DNA of 63,237 bases, filler included, from 5 parts of 5 records of this genome joined end to end with filler, not necessarily neighbours in it, one strand, 5' to 3'; positions 50,272 to 60,591 are shown, counted from the first letter of the whole stretch. Notes: a model not told the origin generated them from the sequence alone. Numbers and translations are program-made.

Positions 50272-50955
50272 ATGGAAGGAATGACCTACGGCCGCCTGTT
50301 TTTTCTGGATGACGACGAACACATCCTTCAGGCCCTGAAGCGGGGATTGAGGAAGGTCGATGTCCGCTGTGCATACTTCTCCGATCCCGAAGAGATGCTG
50401 ATCAGTGCGCGGAAGGACAATCCGGATCTTTTGGTTTCGGATCTTCATCTTCCGGGACGGGACATCACAGAATGCCTGCGGCTGTTCCGGGAGATCTGTC
50501 CCGGGGCGGATATCATCCTATTGACGGGGGATCCGAATGCCCCGGAGCTCAAAGCCATCGGGGAGAAAACGGGTCTGGTGGGAACGGTCTCCAAGACCGA
50601 AGGCATGATGGAACAGCTTTTGCTTCTATTGGGAGAGCCCTCGTCTGTTGCTCCCGGAGAAAGACGGACGGTCATCCTGGATCGGGATATCGCTCCTCTC
50701 GTCCCCGGTTACCTGAAGGAGAGAGAGTCTCTCTGTCTCCAGATCCTCCGGGATCTGGATCAAGACGGCTTTGAGGAGATCCGGGAGACCGGTCATAAGA
50801 TCAAGGGCTCGGGCAGGCTCTATGGTTTCGATGAGATCTCTTCACTGGGGGGGCGGATCGAAGAGGCGGCCCTGCGGAATTCCCGGGACCGGGTGAGAGA
50901 GGAAACCGCTCTCCTCCTGGCGTACCTGAAGAGGGTGCGATACCGATTCGAATAG
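50272..50955 (+). CDS. REC-Hpt phosphorelay protein
   Basis: LDDDE, SDLHLPG; GHKIKGSG Hpt motif. Confidence 0.88.
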   Translation: MEGMTYGRLFFLDDDEHILQALKRGLRKVDVRCAYFSDPEEMLISARKDNPDLLVSDLHLPGRDITECLRLFREICPGADIILLTGDPNAPELKAIGEKTGLVGTVSKTEGMMEQLLLLLGEPSSVAPGERRTVILDRDIAPLVPGYLKERESLCLQILRDLDQDGFEEIRETGHKIKGSGRLYGFDEISSLGGRIEEAALRNSRDRVREETALLLAYLKRVRYRFE

Positions 50956-50972
50956 CAATTGAGGGAAGAAGT

Positions 50973-52343
50973 ATGGCGAATATCCTGATCGTTGACGATG
51001 AACAGAACTCTCTGAACGCCCTGAAGCGCATGCTGCGTAATCACCCCCTTTTCAAGGACGGTTTTCTAGAGGGCTGCGACAATGGACAGGAGGCTCTGAG
51101 ACGGCTGAAAGAAGGGCGTTTCGATATCCTGTTCTGCGATATCAGGATGCCAGGAATCGATGGGAAGGAGGTCTTTCAGAGGGCCCTTATTGAGGATCCG
51201 GGGCTCTACATCGTTATGATGACCGGCTACGGCAGCATTGGTGAGGCGGTCCGGTATATCCGTGAGGGAGCCTATGACTACCTGGGCAAGCCCTTCAACA
51301 GAGAGGACGTCCTCTCCCTCTTGAATCGGATACGAAAGGAAATGGCTCTCAAGGCCCAGGTTCGGGAGCTTCAGCTTCAGCTTTCGGAGAACAGCAGAGC
51401 CCTTCCCTTTGTGTTCAGGAGCGAGGACATGGTCCGGCTGCGGGAGTCCATCGACGCCATGAAGGACAGCGATTTCAATGTTCTTATCCTGGGAGAGAGC
51501 GGTACGGGCAAAGAGGTCGTTGCCGATACCCTGCATTACAACAGTCCCCTTAAGGAGGGGCCCTTTATTAAGGTTAATTGCGCGGGCCTTGTGGATACCC
51601 TGTTGGAGAGTGAGATATTCGGTCACGAGAAGGGCTCCTTTACCGGGGCCGTCAGAGAGAAGAAGGGAAAGTTCGAACTGGCCAGGGACGGAACCCTCTT
51701 TCTGGATGAGATCGGAGATATGGAGATCGGACTGCAGGCCAAGTTGCTTCGTGTCCTGCAGGACGGAAGCTTCGAACGGGTCGGAGGAGAAAGGCCTTTG
51801 TTCTCCAACGCCCGAATCATCTCCGCCACCAACCATGATCTGGAAAGGGATATTGACGGAGGGCATTTCCGGAAGGACCTCTACTACAGACTGAATACGG
51901 TGACCCTTTCCATTCCGCCCCTCCGCAAGAGGCGCTCGGATATCCCCGAGCTGGCTCTGTTCTTTTTAAACAGGCTGAATCGGAAGTACGGGAAGGCCAG
52001 GGAAGGGTGGGATTCCGACTTTATGGAGGCTCTTATTCATTACGACTACCCGGGCAATGTAAGGGAACTGGAAAACATCATTACCCGCGCCTTCGCCATG
52101 GCGGGCTCTGACAGGATCACCCTCAGGGATCTGCCTCCGGATCTCTATGAGCTTTTGTCCGGTCTCAGTCCCGCTCCCGCCGCCCGTTCCCTGAATCTGA
52201 AGGAGGCCACGGAGGACCTTGAGAGGCGTTATATAGAGCAGGCTATCCGCAGCTCTTCGGGGAACAAGACCCGGGCGGCCGAATTATTGGGGATCTCCCG
52301 GAGAATCCTTTATTACAAACTGGAGCAGCTGGGAGTCGGCTGA
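50973..52343 (+). CDS. Sigma54-dependent NtrC/AtoC-family response regulator
   Basis: REC; GESGTGKE; GSFTGA; FLDEIG; PGNVREL; Fis HTH. Confidence 0.95.
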   Translation: MANILIVDDEQNSLNALKRMLRNHPLFKDGFLEGCDNGQEALRRLKEGRFDILFCDIRMPGIDGKEVFQRALIEDPGLYIVMMTGYGSIGEAVRYIREGAYDYLGKPFNREDVLSLLNRIRKEMALKAQVRELQLQLSENSRALPFVFRSEDMVRLRESIDAMKDSDFNVLILGESGTGKEVVADTLHYNSPLKEGPFIKVNCAGLVDTLLESEIFGHEKGSFTGAVREKKGKFELARDGTLFLDEIGDMEIGLQAKLLRVLQDGSFERVGGERPLFSNARIISATNHDLERDIDGGHFRKDLYYRLNTVTLSIPPLRKRRSDIPELALFFLNRLNRKYGKAREGWDSDFMEALIHYDYPGNVRELENIITRAFAMAGSDRITLRDLPPDLYELLSGLSPAPAARSLNLKEATEDLERRYIEQAIRSSSGNKTRAAELLGISRRILYYKLEQLGVG

Positions 52344-52441
52344 GACTTTTTATTGTGCAATAACCGTACGTATTGAACCTGGGCCGTACACCGCAGGGGA
52401 ATAATACTGCTCCCGGACCGGGTGAGGGGGGGCAAGAGAAC

Positions 52442-52457
52442 TGGCATGGACCTTGCA
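52442..52457 (+). promoter_or_regulatory. Sigma54 promoter of LruC-domain gene
   Basis: TGGCATG-GACC-TTGCA. Confidence 0.85.
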
Positions 52458-52481
52458 TAGCGTTTGTTATGTCGGAGGTAC

Positions 52482-54440
52482 ATGATGAACGCAGTATTAA
52501 AGATCACTCTTATTATTCCTTTTTTGACAGCCTGCTCTCTCCTCAGTCCCGCAAAGGGTACGGTAGTTGCCAGTTCCAGTGAACGTACTGAGCCTCCTGG
52601 TGCTCCCGCCGCAAGCGGCGAGTTTAACTATCAGACCACAAAGGTGGTGACTCTTACCATAAGAACAGGATATCCCGATGTGCCCGTCGTGGTTTTCCGG
52701 GACGGCATCGTCCACTTCAGAGGCGTATCCGACAGGAATGGTTGGATCAGAGGCGGAATCTCTGTTCCCTCTTACTACGACTATCTTACCCTGAGCACCG
52801 GATACCTCGGGCTTCTTCCCGAGGCTGTGGTGGAGATAAAAGGTCAAGCCCTGAACTTCGATTACGCCTCCCCTTCGGGGATGATCGAAGCGAAACAGTC
52901 GGAAAAGGGGATCTCTCTCAGGCAGCCTGCAGCAAACTACAAGGTCCTTGGTGGCTGGGACCGTTCCGGAAAGCCAGATTATTTGACTTCCCCGGATAAG
53001 ATTTCGTCGGGGCTGCTGGAGATGGTCAACCTGGCCCTTCCCGAGCTGAAGCCCGTTCCCCAGTACCATCCCCAGTACCTGGACAGCGATGTCCAGACCG
53101 AGTTGGTCCTGAAGGAAGAGGCGACGGTTTCGGTCACCTTCGTCCATGAGGGGGCAGGCTATCGAAATGCTCTGGGATTCTTTCAGTACAGGACTGCCGA
53201 CGGCCCCCCCGACTCCCTCAGGGACGAGGACATCACCCTGATCTTTCCCAATGTCTCCTATAAGGGAGGTGGAGGAGGGCTCTACAGCGGTGACAAGGTG
53301 GAACTCGGACGATTTCCCGCAGGTACGACCATCGGCTGGGTCATCATTGCCAATGGATACAACAGTCATACCCGTAGTGTCGGAAGGGGATTGAACCGCT
53401 TTTTCTCCCGGGAGAGTCTGAATCCCGATGCTCCGGGACACAAGCAGCATGTGGTTCTCCTCAGTTACCCTGAGGAATCTCTCTACCTTCTTTCCTTTGA
53501 AGATCTGAAAAGACCCTATGGGGACAATGACTTTAACGACGCAGTGTTTTATGTCACAACCGACCCGGGATCGGCCGTGGACGGCCAGGGAATCGTTGAG
53601 GCCCGGGAGAGCGTAAGCAATGACAGCGACGGAGACGGGGTGGCCAACGACCTCGATACGGAACCTATGAACGGTCAGGTGGTCGGCTATCAGTATACCC
53701 CCGGGGAAAACAGCTACGGCACCCTGGCCTTTGAAGACCTCTGGCCCCATATGGGAGATTACGATTTCAACGATCTGGTCATAGACTACCGTTTCAGGGA
53801 GTCCATAAACATTCATGGGAAGATCGTCGGCATCCGGGGAGAGTTTATAATCACCGGCATACTGGCCAGTATGCGAAACGGTTTCGCCCTTGAACTTAAT
53901 CTGTCTCCCTCGGATATCGAATCCGTTACGGGGGGGCAGTACAATGTGGGGTATACGGCTCTGGCTGCCAACGGTGTGGAAGAGAGACAGTCCAGGGCGG
54001 TGATCGTTGTGTTCGAAGACGCCCATCTTCACTATGAGCCGGGCGGGGTTGAAAAAAAGATCATACTGGACATCTCATTCTCCAGGGCCGTACCCCGGGA
54101 TACACTGGGCTATGCCCCCTATAATCCCTTCATCATGAGCAACGGCGAGAGGGGGCGTGAGGTCCATCTTCCCGGATATCCCCAGACCGATCTGGCTCAT
54201 TACGAGTACTTCGGTTCCGTGGACGACGCGAGTATCCTGGGAACAGGGAGTATGTACAAAACCGAATCGAACCAGCCCTGGGCGATTCATCTTCCCATGG
54301 CCTTCCGCTATCCCAAGGACGATGTTCCTATCTTCCGGGCCTACAGTCACTTCAATCGATGGGTGGAATCCAAGGGCAGCGCCTATCAGGACTGGTATAC
54401 CGATAAGGACGGATACAGGGATACGGGATACCTTTTTTAA
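52482..54440 (+). CDS. LruC-domain (DUF4842) plus DUF4114 lipoprotein
   Basis: Lipobox LTAC; TFVHEGAGYRN, FEDL..DNDFNDAVF, DSDGDGV, AFEDLWP..GDYDFNDLV, EVHLPG, PWAI. Confidence 0.88.
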   Translation: MMNAVLKITLIIPFLTACSLLSPAKGTVVASSSERTEPPGAPAASGEFNYQTTKVVTLTIRTGYPDVPVVVFRDGIVHFRGVSDRNGWIRGGISVPSYYDYLTLSTGYLGLLPEAVVEIKGQALNFDYASPSGMIEAKQSEKGISLRQPAANYKVLGGWDRSGKPDYLTSPDKISSGLLEMVNLALPELKPVPQYHPQYLDSDVQTELVLKEEATVSVTFVHEGAGYRNALGFFQYRTADGPPDSLRDEDITLIFPNVSYKGGGGGLYSGDKVELGRFPAGTTIGWVIIANGYNSHTRSVGRGLNRFFSRESLNPDAPGHKQHVVLLSYPEESLYLLSFEDLKRPYGDNDFNDAVFYVTTDPGSAVDGQGIVEARESVSNDSDGDGVANDLDTEPMNGQVVGYQYTPGENSYGTLAFEDLWPHMGDYDFNDLVIDYRFRESINIHGKIVGIRGEFIITGILASMRNGFALELNLSPSDIESVTGGQYNVGYTALAANGVEERQSRAVIVVFEDAHLHYEPGGVEKKIILDISFSRAVPRDTLGYAPYNPFIMSNGERGREVHLPGYPQTDLAHYEYFGSVDDASILGTGSMYKTESNQPWAIHLPMAFRYPKDDVPIFRAYSHFNRWVESKGSAYQDWYTDKDGYRDTGYLF

Positions 54441-56329
54441 AGAGTGCCGGTCCCCCTCCCTTTGACTGGAGGGGGGACCGCTTCCGTCACCCGGACAAGG
54501 GGGATCTCTATGGTAAAGCAGGAACCGTGACCGGGATCGCTTTCCGCCCAGATTTCCCCCCCGTGGTCATTGATGATCCCATGGGAGATGGAGAGACCCA
54601 GGCCCGTGCCCTTGCCGATTCCCTTGGTCGTGAAAAAGGGATCAAAAAGCTTGTCCAAATGCTTCTCTTCTATCCCCTTTCCCGTATCGCAAACCCTGGC
54701 CACAACGGTTTCTCCTCTGGTAAAGGTCTCGATCCGAATGACCCCCTTTTCAGAGATAGCGTGTTCCGCATTGATCAGCAGGTTAACGAAGACCTGGGTC
54801 AGCTGATCAGGGCGGCATTCTATATCAGGAAGTTTTCCCAGATTTTTTTCCACCTCACATTTGTACTTGATCTGATTCCAGGTAAGCTTGAGAGCAGCCT
54901 CAATAGCCTGGTTTATATTCCCAGGGGACATCTCACTCGTGCCGGAACGAGCGAAATTCTGCAGCCCTTGTACGATCTCCTTGATCCTTCTGGCTCCGTC
55001 GGAGGATTCCCGCAGCAAAAGGAGTCCGTCCTCCCGCAGGAAGGGGAAGTCCTCCTTCTCCTTCAGGCTCTTTATATCCTCCAGCAGGGAGAGAACATCG
55101 GGATCCTCGCTGTCCTTAAGGGCAAGTGTCAGCTGTTCCTGGTAGTCCAGCAAACGGTTGTAGACGCTCAGGTAATCGCTCATGGTCGAAAGGTTTGTGC
55201 TGATATATCCAGTAGGGTTATTGATCTCGTGGGCCACCCCCGCCGCCAGTTGACCTATGGAGGCCATCTTCTCGCTATGGATCAACTGCTTTTGTGCCTT
55301 CATCAGGCTGATATTCGATTTTTGAAGGTCGCTGTTGCTCTTTTCCAGTTCTGTTGTTCTCTTTCTCAGGGATGACTGCATCCTGTTGAAGGAGCTCCTC
55401 AGGTAGCGGATCTCCCTGATGTTACTGTTATCAATCTTCAGGTTTTCCCACTTTCCGGAGCTCACGTTTCTGATACCCTCTTCCAGGATCAACAGAGGCT
55501 TGACCATGCTCCTTCCTGCGATGAGGGAGACCAGGAGGGTGGCTATGAGTGAGGCCGCGGCGGCGAGCATGACCATCTGGACTAATAGGGTCCGCACGGG
55601 TTCATCGATCAGCGAAAGGGGGGTGGATACGTGGATCTCAACGGGAAGAGTACTCAGCGTGTGATGCCGGGTCAGCGTTTCCGTTCCGTTATCCTTCTCC
55701 CCGGACAGGAAGCTCCCATTATAGGACGCCCCGTAGATATGTTCCAATCCCTGAAGATTCAGGAGCTCCAGATTACCTTCAAAGATATCTCTGAAATTGG
55801 CTTTCATGAGCAGATAGCCCTCGATGACACCGTTGTAAAGGACGGTACCCATAAAAGCTATATCCGCGTCATCGTTCAGGATGCTTATTGTCTCGCTCGC
55901 CTCGGACCGGGAAATGAGTTCCATCAGAACCGGATTGGCCCGCCCCTCTTCGTAGCTGCCTGAACTGCTGTGGATGACGATCCCGTCAAAGGTCAAAAGC
56001 GTAAAGTCGGCGTCCAGGTTGCGAATCCGGAGTCTGTCCAGATAGTCGGGTATATAGTATTTGGAGTTGTCGGGATTCATCACCCCATTCACTAGGGTGG
56101 GACTCTCCGACTGAAGCTGAAGCTCTTTCTGGTAATCGAGGAGGTTCTGATCCAGCATCTTGATAATGGAGAGAACCCTCAGCTCATTCTCATTGACGAT
56201 ATAGCGTTTGAACTCTCTGCTGATGCTCCAGAGGAAGAGTGAGACAAGAAGGACTGTTACGAAGGCGAACCCTATGAAGCTGTTCAGGCCGGTCCTGAAC
56301 CCGATGCTTTGAAACTTTGTGCCATTCAT
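54437..56329 (-). CDS. Membrane sensor histidine kinase (HAMP, NtrB-like)
   Basis: AHEINNP, QVFVNLLINA, DTGKG, FDPFFTTK, GTGLGL. Confidence 0.94.
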   Translation of the reverse strand: MNGTKFQSIGFRTGLNSFIGFAFVTVLLVSLFLWSISREFKRYIVNENELRVLSIIKMLDQNLLDYQKELQLQSESPTLVNGVMNPDNSKYYIPDYLDRLRIRNLDADFTLLTFDGIVIHSSSGSYEEGRANPVLMELISRSEASETISILNDDADIAFMGTVLYNGVIEGYLLMKANFRDIFEGNLELLNLQGLEHIYGASYNGSFLSGEKDNGTETLTRHHTLSTLPVEIHVSTPLSLIDEPVRTLLVQMVMLAAAASLIATLLVSLIAGRSMVKPLLILEEGIRNVSSGKWENLKIDNSNIREIRYLRSSFNRMQSSLRKRTTELEKSNSDLQKSNISLMKAQKQLIHSEKMASIGQLAAGVAHEINNPTGYISTNLSTMSDYLSVYNRLLDYQEQLTLALKDSEDPDVLSLLEDIKSLKEKEDFPFLREDGLLLLRESSDGARRIKEIVQGLQNFARSGTSEMSPGNINQAIEAALKLTWNQIKYKCEVEKNLGKLPDIECRPDQLTQVFVNLLINAEHAISEKGVIRIETFTRGETVVARVCDTGKGIEEKHLDKLFDPFFTTKGIGKGTGLGLSISHGIINDHGGEIWAESDPGHGSCFTIEIPLVRVTEAVPPPVKGRGTGTL

Positions 56330-57552
56330 TCTTCAACCAACCTTATTCCGCCGTTTTCAGTAAAGTACGCCATCCTGAGATCCTCGCCGCCGAGGGCCTC
56401 GTGTGCACAGTCCTGTTCCATACTGAAAGGAGCAAAGGGCCGGATATAATCCTTCACCAATCCTGTGACAGGGGATTGCAGATTCTCAAGGGCGTCCCTG
56501 AGGCGCCGTCTGTTTTCCTGCATGTCCTCGACAAGCCCCGACTGCTGAACGGCCCGTATCAGGATCCTTGTGAGGTCGTAGGCATGGATGAATCCGCAGG
56601 GCGCTTTTACATCCTCCCCGCTTCGAATGTCCGGATACAGGTCGGTCAGGCGGCTGAATACGTCCCGGGAAAATGGCGAGAGGGGGGTGTTCAGGAAGGA
56701 GAAAGTGGTCTGGATGAATTTCAAATTGAGTTTATTGACAAGGGTATCGGTCCCAAGGACCTCTACAATATTTCCTCCTGTGATCCCCCAGTGGCTTCGT
56801 ATGGGAAGCCTTTCACGCTCCTCTCTTGCGGTCATGGCCTTGAAGAAGGTGATTCCTTCTGTCGCGTTGGCCACCAGGAAGATAACATCGGCTCCCGATG
56901 AATAGATGTCTTCCAGCATCTCCCGGGCCCCCAGGTCTCCGATATTCCAGTTGAACCATATGACCTTCGCCGGCATCAAACCTCTTCCGACGAGAGCCTC
57001 TGACATGGTCTTGTAATTGGACCGTCCCCAGCCTGTATCCTCCAGTAGCAGGGCGGGACGCCTGTAACCCTCCCGGTCACAGGCGAAGGAGGTGATCATC
57101 TCTCCCGCCTTTGTATCATCCACCGACACTCTGAACACCCAGTTTTTCCCTTCTTCGTCGGGGGTTCTGGTGATGGGGCCGGCTGCGGCCCAGGGGACCA
57201 GGAGGAGGATCTCATGGTCGTTAATATAGTCCAGGTTTCCCAGGACCGGCGGGGAGTGTAGCCCCGCGTACACGAGAAGGGCGGAGGGGTCATCAATGAA
57301 TTCTTCCATGTGGAGCCGACTTCTCCGGGTGCTTCCGTGGTGGTCTTTGATTACGAGTTCAACCCTGTGTCCCTCCAGGGTGTAGTCAATCTCTGATAGT
57401 GCCAAACGGATACCCTGCTCGATGGATACTCCCGAACTGCGGGCTCCCGTTCTGTCCAGATCGAGATAAAACTTTACCGTCGGCATCTCTTTGCCATTGA
57501 CGAATGGGATAATGAAAATGAGCCATATAAGGCTGAGAACGGAGTGCTTCAT
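56326..57552 (-). CDS. Periplasmic ligand-binding protein (branched-chain amino acid/type I PBP)
   Basis: Signal peptide; GLHSP, FRVSVDD, TGWGRS, HAYD; translationally coupled to the kinase. Confidence 0.85.
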   Translation of the reverse strand: MKHSVLSLIWLIFIIPFVNGKEMPTVKFYLDLDRTGARSSGVSIEQGIRLALSEIDYTLEGHRVELVIKDHHGSTRRSRLHMEEFIDDPSALLVYAGLHSPPVLGNLDYINDHEILLLVPWAAAGPITRTPDEEGKNWVFRVSVDDTKAGEMITSFACDREGYRRPALLLEDTGWGRSNYKTMSEALVGRGLMPAKVIWFNWNIGDLGAREMLEDIYSSGADVIFLVANATEGITFFKAMTAREERERLPIRSHWGITGGNIVEVLGTDTLVNKLNLKFIQTTFSFLNTPLSPFSRDVFSRLTDLYPDIRSGEDVKAPCGFIHAYDLTRILIRAVQQSGLVEDMQENRRRLRDALENLQSPVTGLVKDYIRPFAPFSMEQDCAHEALGGEDLRMAYFTENGGIRLVEE

Positions 57553-57715
57553 GCTTTCCCCCGAAGATATAGGTTTACTGTCAATTATGAACCTTCAGGC
57601 ATTATTGATCAAATATAGAACCTCATTAATCCCTTGTGATGTCCCTTTTTGTACAATATGTAACATTTCCTGCACATGTCTGCCTCTTAAGCCCCCGTAT
57701 TATCACTCTACATTG

Positions 57716-57731
57716 TGGCATGGTAATTGCA
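57716..57731 (+). promoter_or_regulatory. Sigma54 promoter of STAS gene
   Basis: TGGCATG-GTAA-TTGCA; TGT-N10/N12-ACA dyads at 57650-57676. Confidence 0.8.
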
Positions 57732-57765
57732 TTCATATATGTAACAGTTCACAGGAGGTGAATCT

Positions 57766-58107
57766 ATGAAATATACAAGATTTCGCAGTACGGTTATCAT
57801 TGATCTATCGGAACAAGATATGAGTTTTCTAGGATTGCAGGATACCTTCAAGGAGCTGACGTCTGCTCTGCGAAGTTTTGAGATCGTGCTTGTGGATATG
57901 AAGGGCGTTCCTCATCTGACGATGGAGAACAGATCGGCGCTCCTGATCATGGCCTGGAAGGCCAGCGTGATGGGGAAGGAGATACGTTTCTGCGGTATTG
58001 AACCGCAGCTCATGGAGACATTTGACAGCGGGGGAAAGGGCATACATGTATCCACCCTCTCGCGGAAACAGTTTGAAAAGATCAGAGATTTTTCACAGCC
58101 CTTTTAA
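57766..58107 (+). CDS. STAS-domain (anti-anti-sigma-like) protein
   Basis: IVLVDMKGVPHL...RFCGIEPQLMETF; SD AGGAGG. Confidence 0.7.
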   Translation: MKYTRFRSTVIIDLSEQDMSFLGLQDTFKELTSALRSFEIVLVDMKGVPHLTMENRSALLIMAWKASVMGKEIRFCGIEPQLMETFDSGGKGIHVSTLSRKQFEKIRDFSQPF

Positions 58108-58313
58108 ATCCATCGGGGAGTGAAGCCCATGAATCATGGGGATTCGGGGTATAAAAAAACTGGACATACCGTTCATTAAAGACATACAATTCTAAGGGAG
58201 CCTGCAGACAGGCGTCCTTACCTCTTCATGGCTTTTCCATGCCGGAGGAAGATAGAGAGGTCTGACGGCAGTCAGTATCACTGCTCAGAATCCGGCATCA
58301 GGAGGCCCGCCCC

Positions 58314-59471
58314 ATGGCTGAACAGGACTATATCCTTTTGGTTGATGATGAAGAACATATCATCAGAGCACTGAACAGAAGCTTGAGGAAGTGGCTGGGG
58401 GAGAAACATTTTGAGATCCTGACGGCAGATTCTGCGCATGAAGCCATACAGCACTTCCAGGAGAAGGGGGAGCATATCTCAGTTCTGGTCAGTGACCAGA
58501 GGATGCCTGATCTGAGGGGCAGTGAGCTGACAAAGGTCGTCCTGAAGAAGTACCCCGATACGAGCATCATCATTCTGTCCGGCCATTCGGATATGAAGGA
58601 TGTTGAAGACATAGTCAGATCCGGTGTCTTTGCCTTTATTCCCAAGCCATGGAATCCCGCTGCCCTCCAGAATGAGATCCTAAAGGGGATAGAAATCCAT
58701 GGTTTGAAAAGGGAGAAGCGAAGGAATCAGGAACGCTGGAGGAACGATCTGATCGAGGCGGGGAAACTGCAGAGGGCCCTGCTTGGTACGGCCCCTGCTC
58801 CGGACGACAGGATCCGCTTTAAAGTCAGTTACAAGGCCTATTCCGAAAATGGTGTCAGCGGAGATTACTATGATTTCTATCCCCTCAAGGGAAGCCGTTA
58901 TCTTGTCCTTATGGGGGATGTCGCTGACAAGGGTGTAAAGGCCGCTCTTCTGACCCCACTTATCAAATCGATTGTTTATGAACAGTATATCAGCCGTGAG
59001 GAAAACGAACCCTTTTCCCCGGGCAGATTTTTAAACTGGCTCAATAACAGAATCTGTCCTCTTCTGAGGGACAATCCCGAACTGTTCATCTCCTTTTCCG
59101 CGGTTCTTATAGATCTGGAACGGGATCTGATCGTGGCTTCGAACGCAGGGAATCCCCCTGCCTGCCTTATCCATGAAGGGAATATCAGAAACTTTGAAAC
59201 GGGAGGCCTTGTTCTGGGACACAGGGACGACGAGGATTATCCGGAGGAGATTCTGGGGATTCACAGCGGAGAGACTCTTGTTATGTTTACTGACGGACTC
59301 CATCCTACGGGAATGAACAGCCTCGATTTTAATGTCAAAGAGTTGAACCGCATCCTTTGCAGGAGTTCGGATCTAGAGGACCATGAGAATCTATTCCAGG
59401 AGATTCTCAACGCTTCAGGTACTGGCGGCTGGGAGGATGACATCACGCTTATAACCGTTAAAATTCTCTGA
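58314..59471 (+). CDS. REC-PP2C (SpoIIE/RsbU) phosphatase
   Basis: REC; SGDYYD, GDVADKG, NAGNP, FTDG, DDITL. Confidence 0.92.
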   Translation: MAEQDYILLVDDEEHIIRALNRSLRKWLGEKHFEILTADSAHEAIQHFQEKGEHISVLVSDQRMPDLRGSELTKVVLKKYPDTSIIILSGHSDMKDVEDIVRSGVFAFIPKPWNPAALQNEILKGIEIHGLKREKRRNQERWRNDLIEAGKLQRALLGTAPAPDDRIRFKVSYKAYSENGVSGDYYDFYPLKGSRYLVLMGDVADKGVKAALLTPLIKSIVYEQYISREENEPFSPGRFLNWLNNRICPLLRDNPELFISFSAVLIDLERDLIVASNAGNPPACLIHEGNIRNFETGGLVLGHRDDEDYPEEILGIHSGETLVMFTDGLHPTGMNSLDFNVKELNRILCRSSDLEDHENLFQEILNASGTGGWEDDITLITVKIL

Positions 59472-59773
59472 GGCAAGTGCATGTATTAACAATTCTCAAT
59501 GCCAGAATGTGGAGATTGTCACTGTCCGTACTAATCTTTTATCCTCAGTGAGGATATTAGAATAGTGATAGATGTTGTATAAAATTTAAAAAAACCAGTA
59601 ATCAAATAGTGCTTGTACGCTCAACGTTCTAAAACTCCAATATTTGAATGATAAACGCATGTTTATGTAAATTAGGGGCCATTCACACGAAAAATTATAA
59701 AAACTTAAGTCTGAGACTAAAAAACCAGATATACCTGTATTATCGTTAAAATACTAACTCTGAATGGAGGACC

Positions 59774-60169
59774 ATGATGGCATTGATAAAATGGAATGAT
59801 GATTACAGTACTGGTATTCAAGAGATGGATGAACAGCATAAAAAGTGGATGGAGATCATAAATCGATTTTATGACAACCTATCAAGGAAAGATCTCAAAA
59901 CAAATATGAGTCAACTTCTAAATGAAGCCATTGACTATACAGCTTTTCACTTTCGTGAAGAAGAGGCTCTAATGAAAAAAATGGGTTATCCGGGAATCCA
60001 AGAGCAAGAAGAAGAGCATGAAAGGATTAGGTCTGTTTTAGATGAGTATAAAATAAGATTGCAAAGAGGAACGCTAAACGTCTCACAACCACTAACAAAT
60101 GAACTAAAAAGTTGGTTCTCATCTCATATAACTGATCTAGACAAAGAGTATGGTAGCTACCAGAAATAG
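59774..60169 (+). CDS. Bacteriohemerythrin
   Basis: W...YSTG..MDEQH, HFREEE, YP, HI..LD. Confidence 0.88.
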   Translation: MMALIKWNDDYSTGIQEMDEQHKKWMEIINRFYDNLSRKDLKTNMSQLLNEAIDYTAFHFREEEALMKKMGYPGIQEQEEEHERIRSVLDEYKIRLQRGTLNVSQPLTNELKSWFSSHITDLDKEYGSYQK

Positions 60170-60591
60170 TGCATTGAATGTTCATTCTCTCATACTATAT
60201 GAATGAGTATGTATTGTATTTTGAATTGATATGAAAGAACTCTTTTTTATAACACTTTTAAGAGCGGAGTTAAAATCAGGATAACACCATTTAGATTCTA
60301 TAAAAATGGGTTGGAATTAACTCTGTTCTTAACTCGCATGAATGCATTCTAAAGGATCAAAGCTACTTACTCTTAACCAACAGCTAAGAGAAATTGACTG
60401 AAGCTATACTATGTCATTACTAAGTGAAAGATACTCAATAAAAAAAGGAAGCTATCCATAATACTGTTTAAGTCATTTATGCATAAACAATAATTCTCTT
60501 GACAACCCAATATTCAGTGCATTAGTATTCACAATGTATATTATTGATTCTGTGCTACTACTGATATTCAATATTATTTGTAGGTGACGAA

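Noticed and set aside
39050-56905. Long antisense ORFs (e.g. 41586-42806, 45198-46313, 47787-48719, 51066-51866, 52497-54032, 54527-55375)
   Set aside because: Shadow frames of well-supported genes in GC-rich DNA; no recognisable motifs
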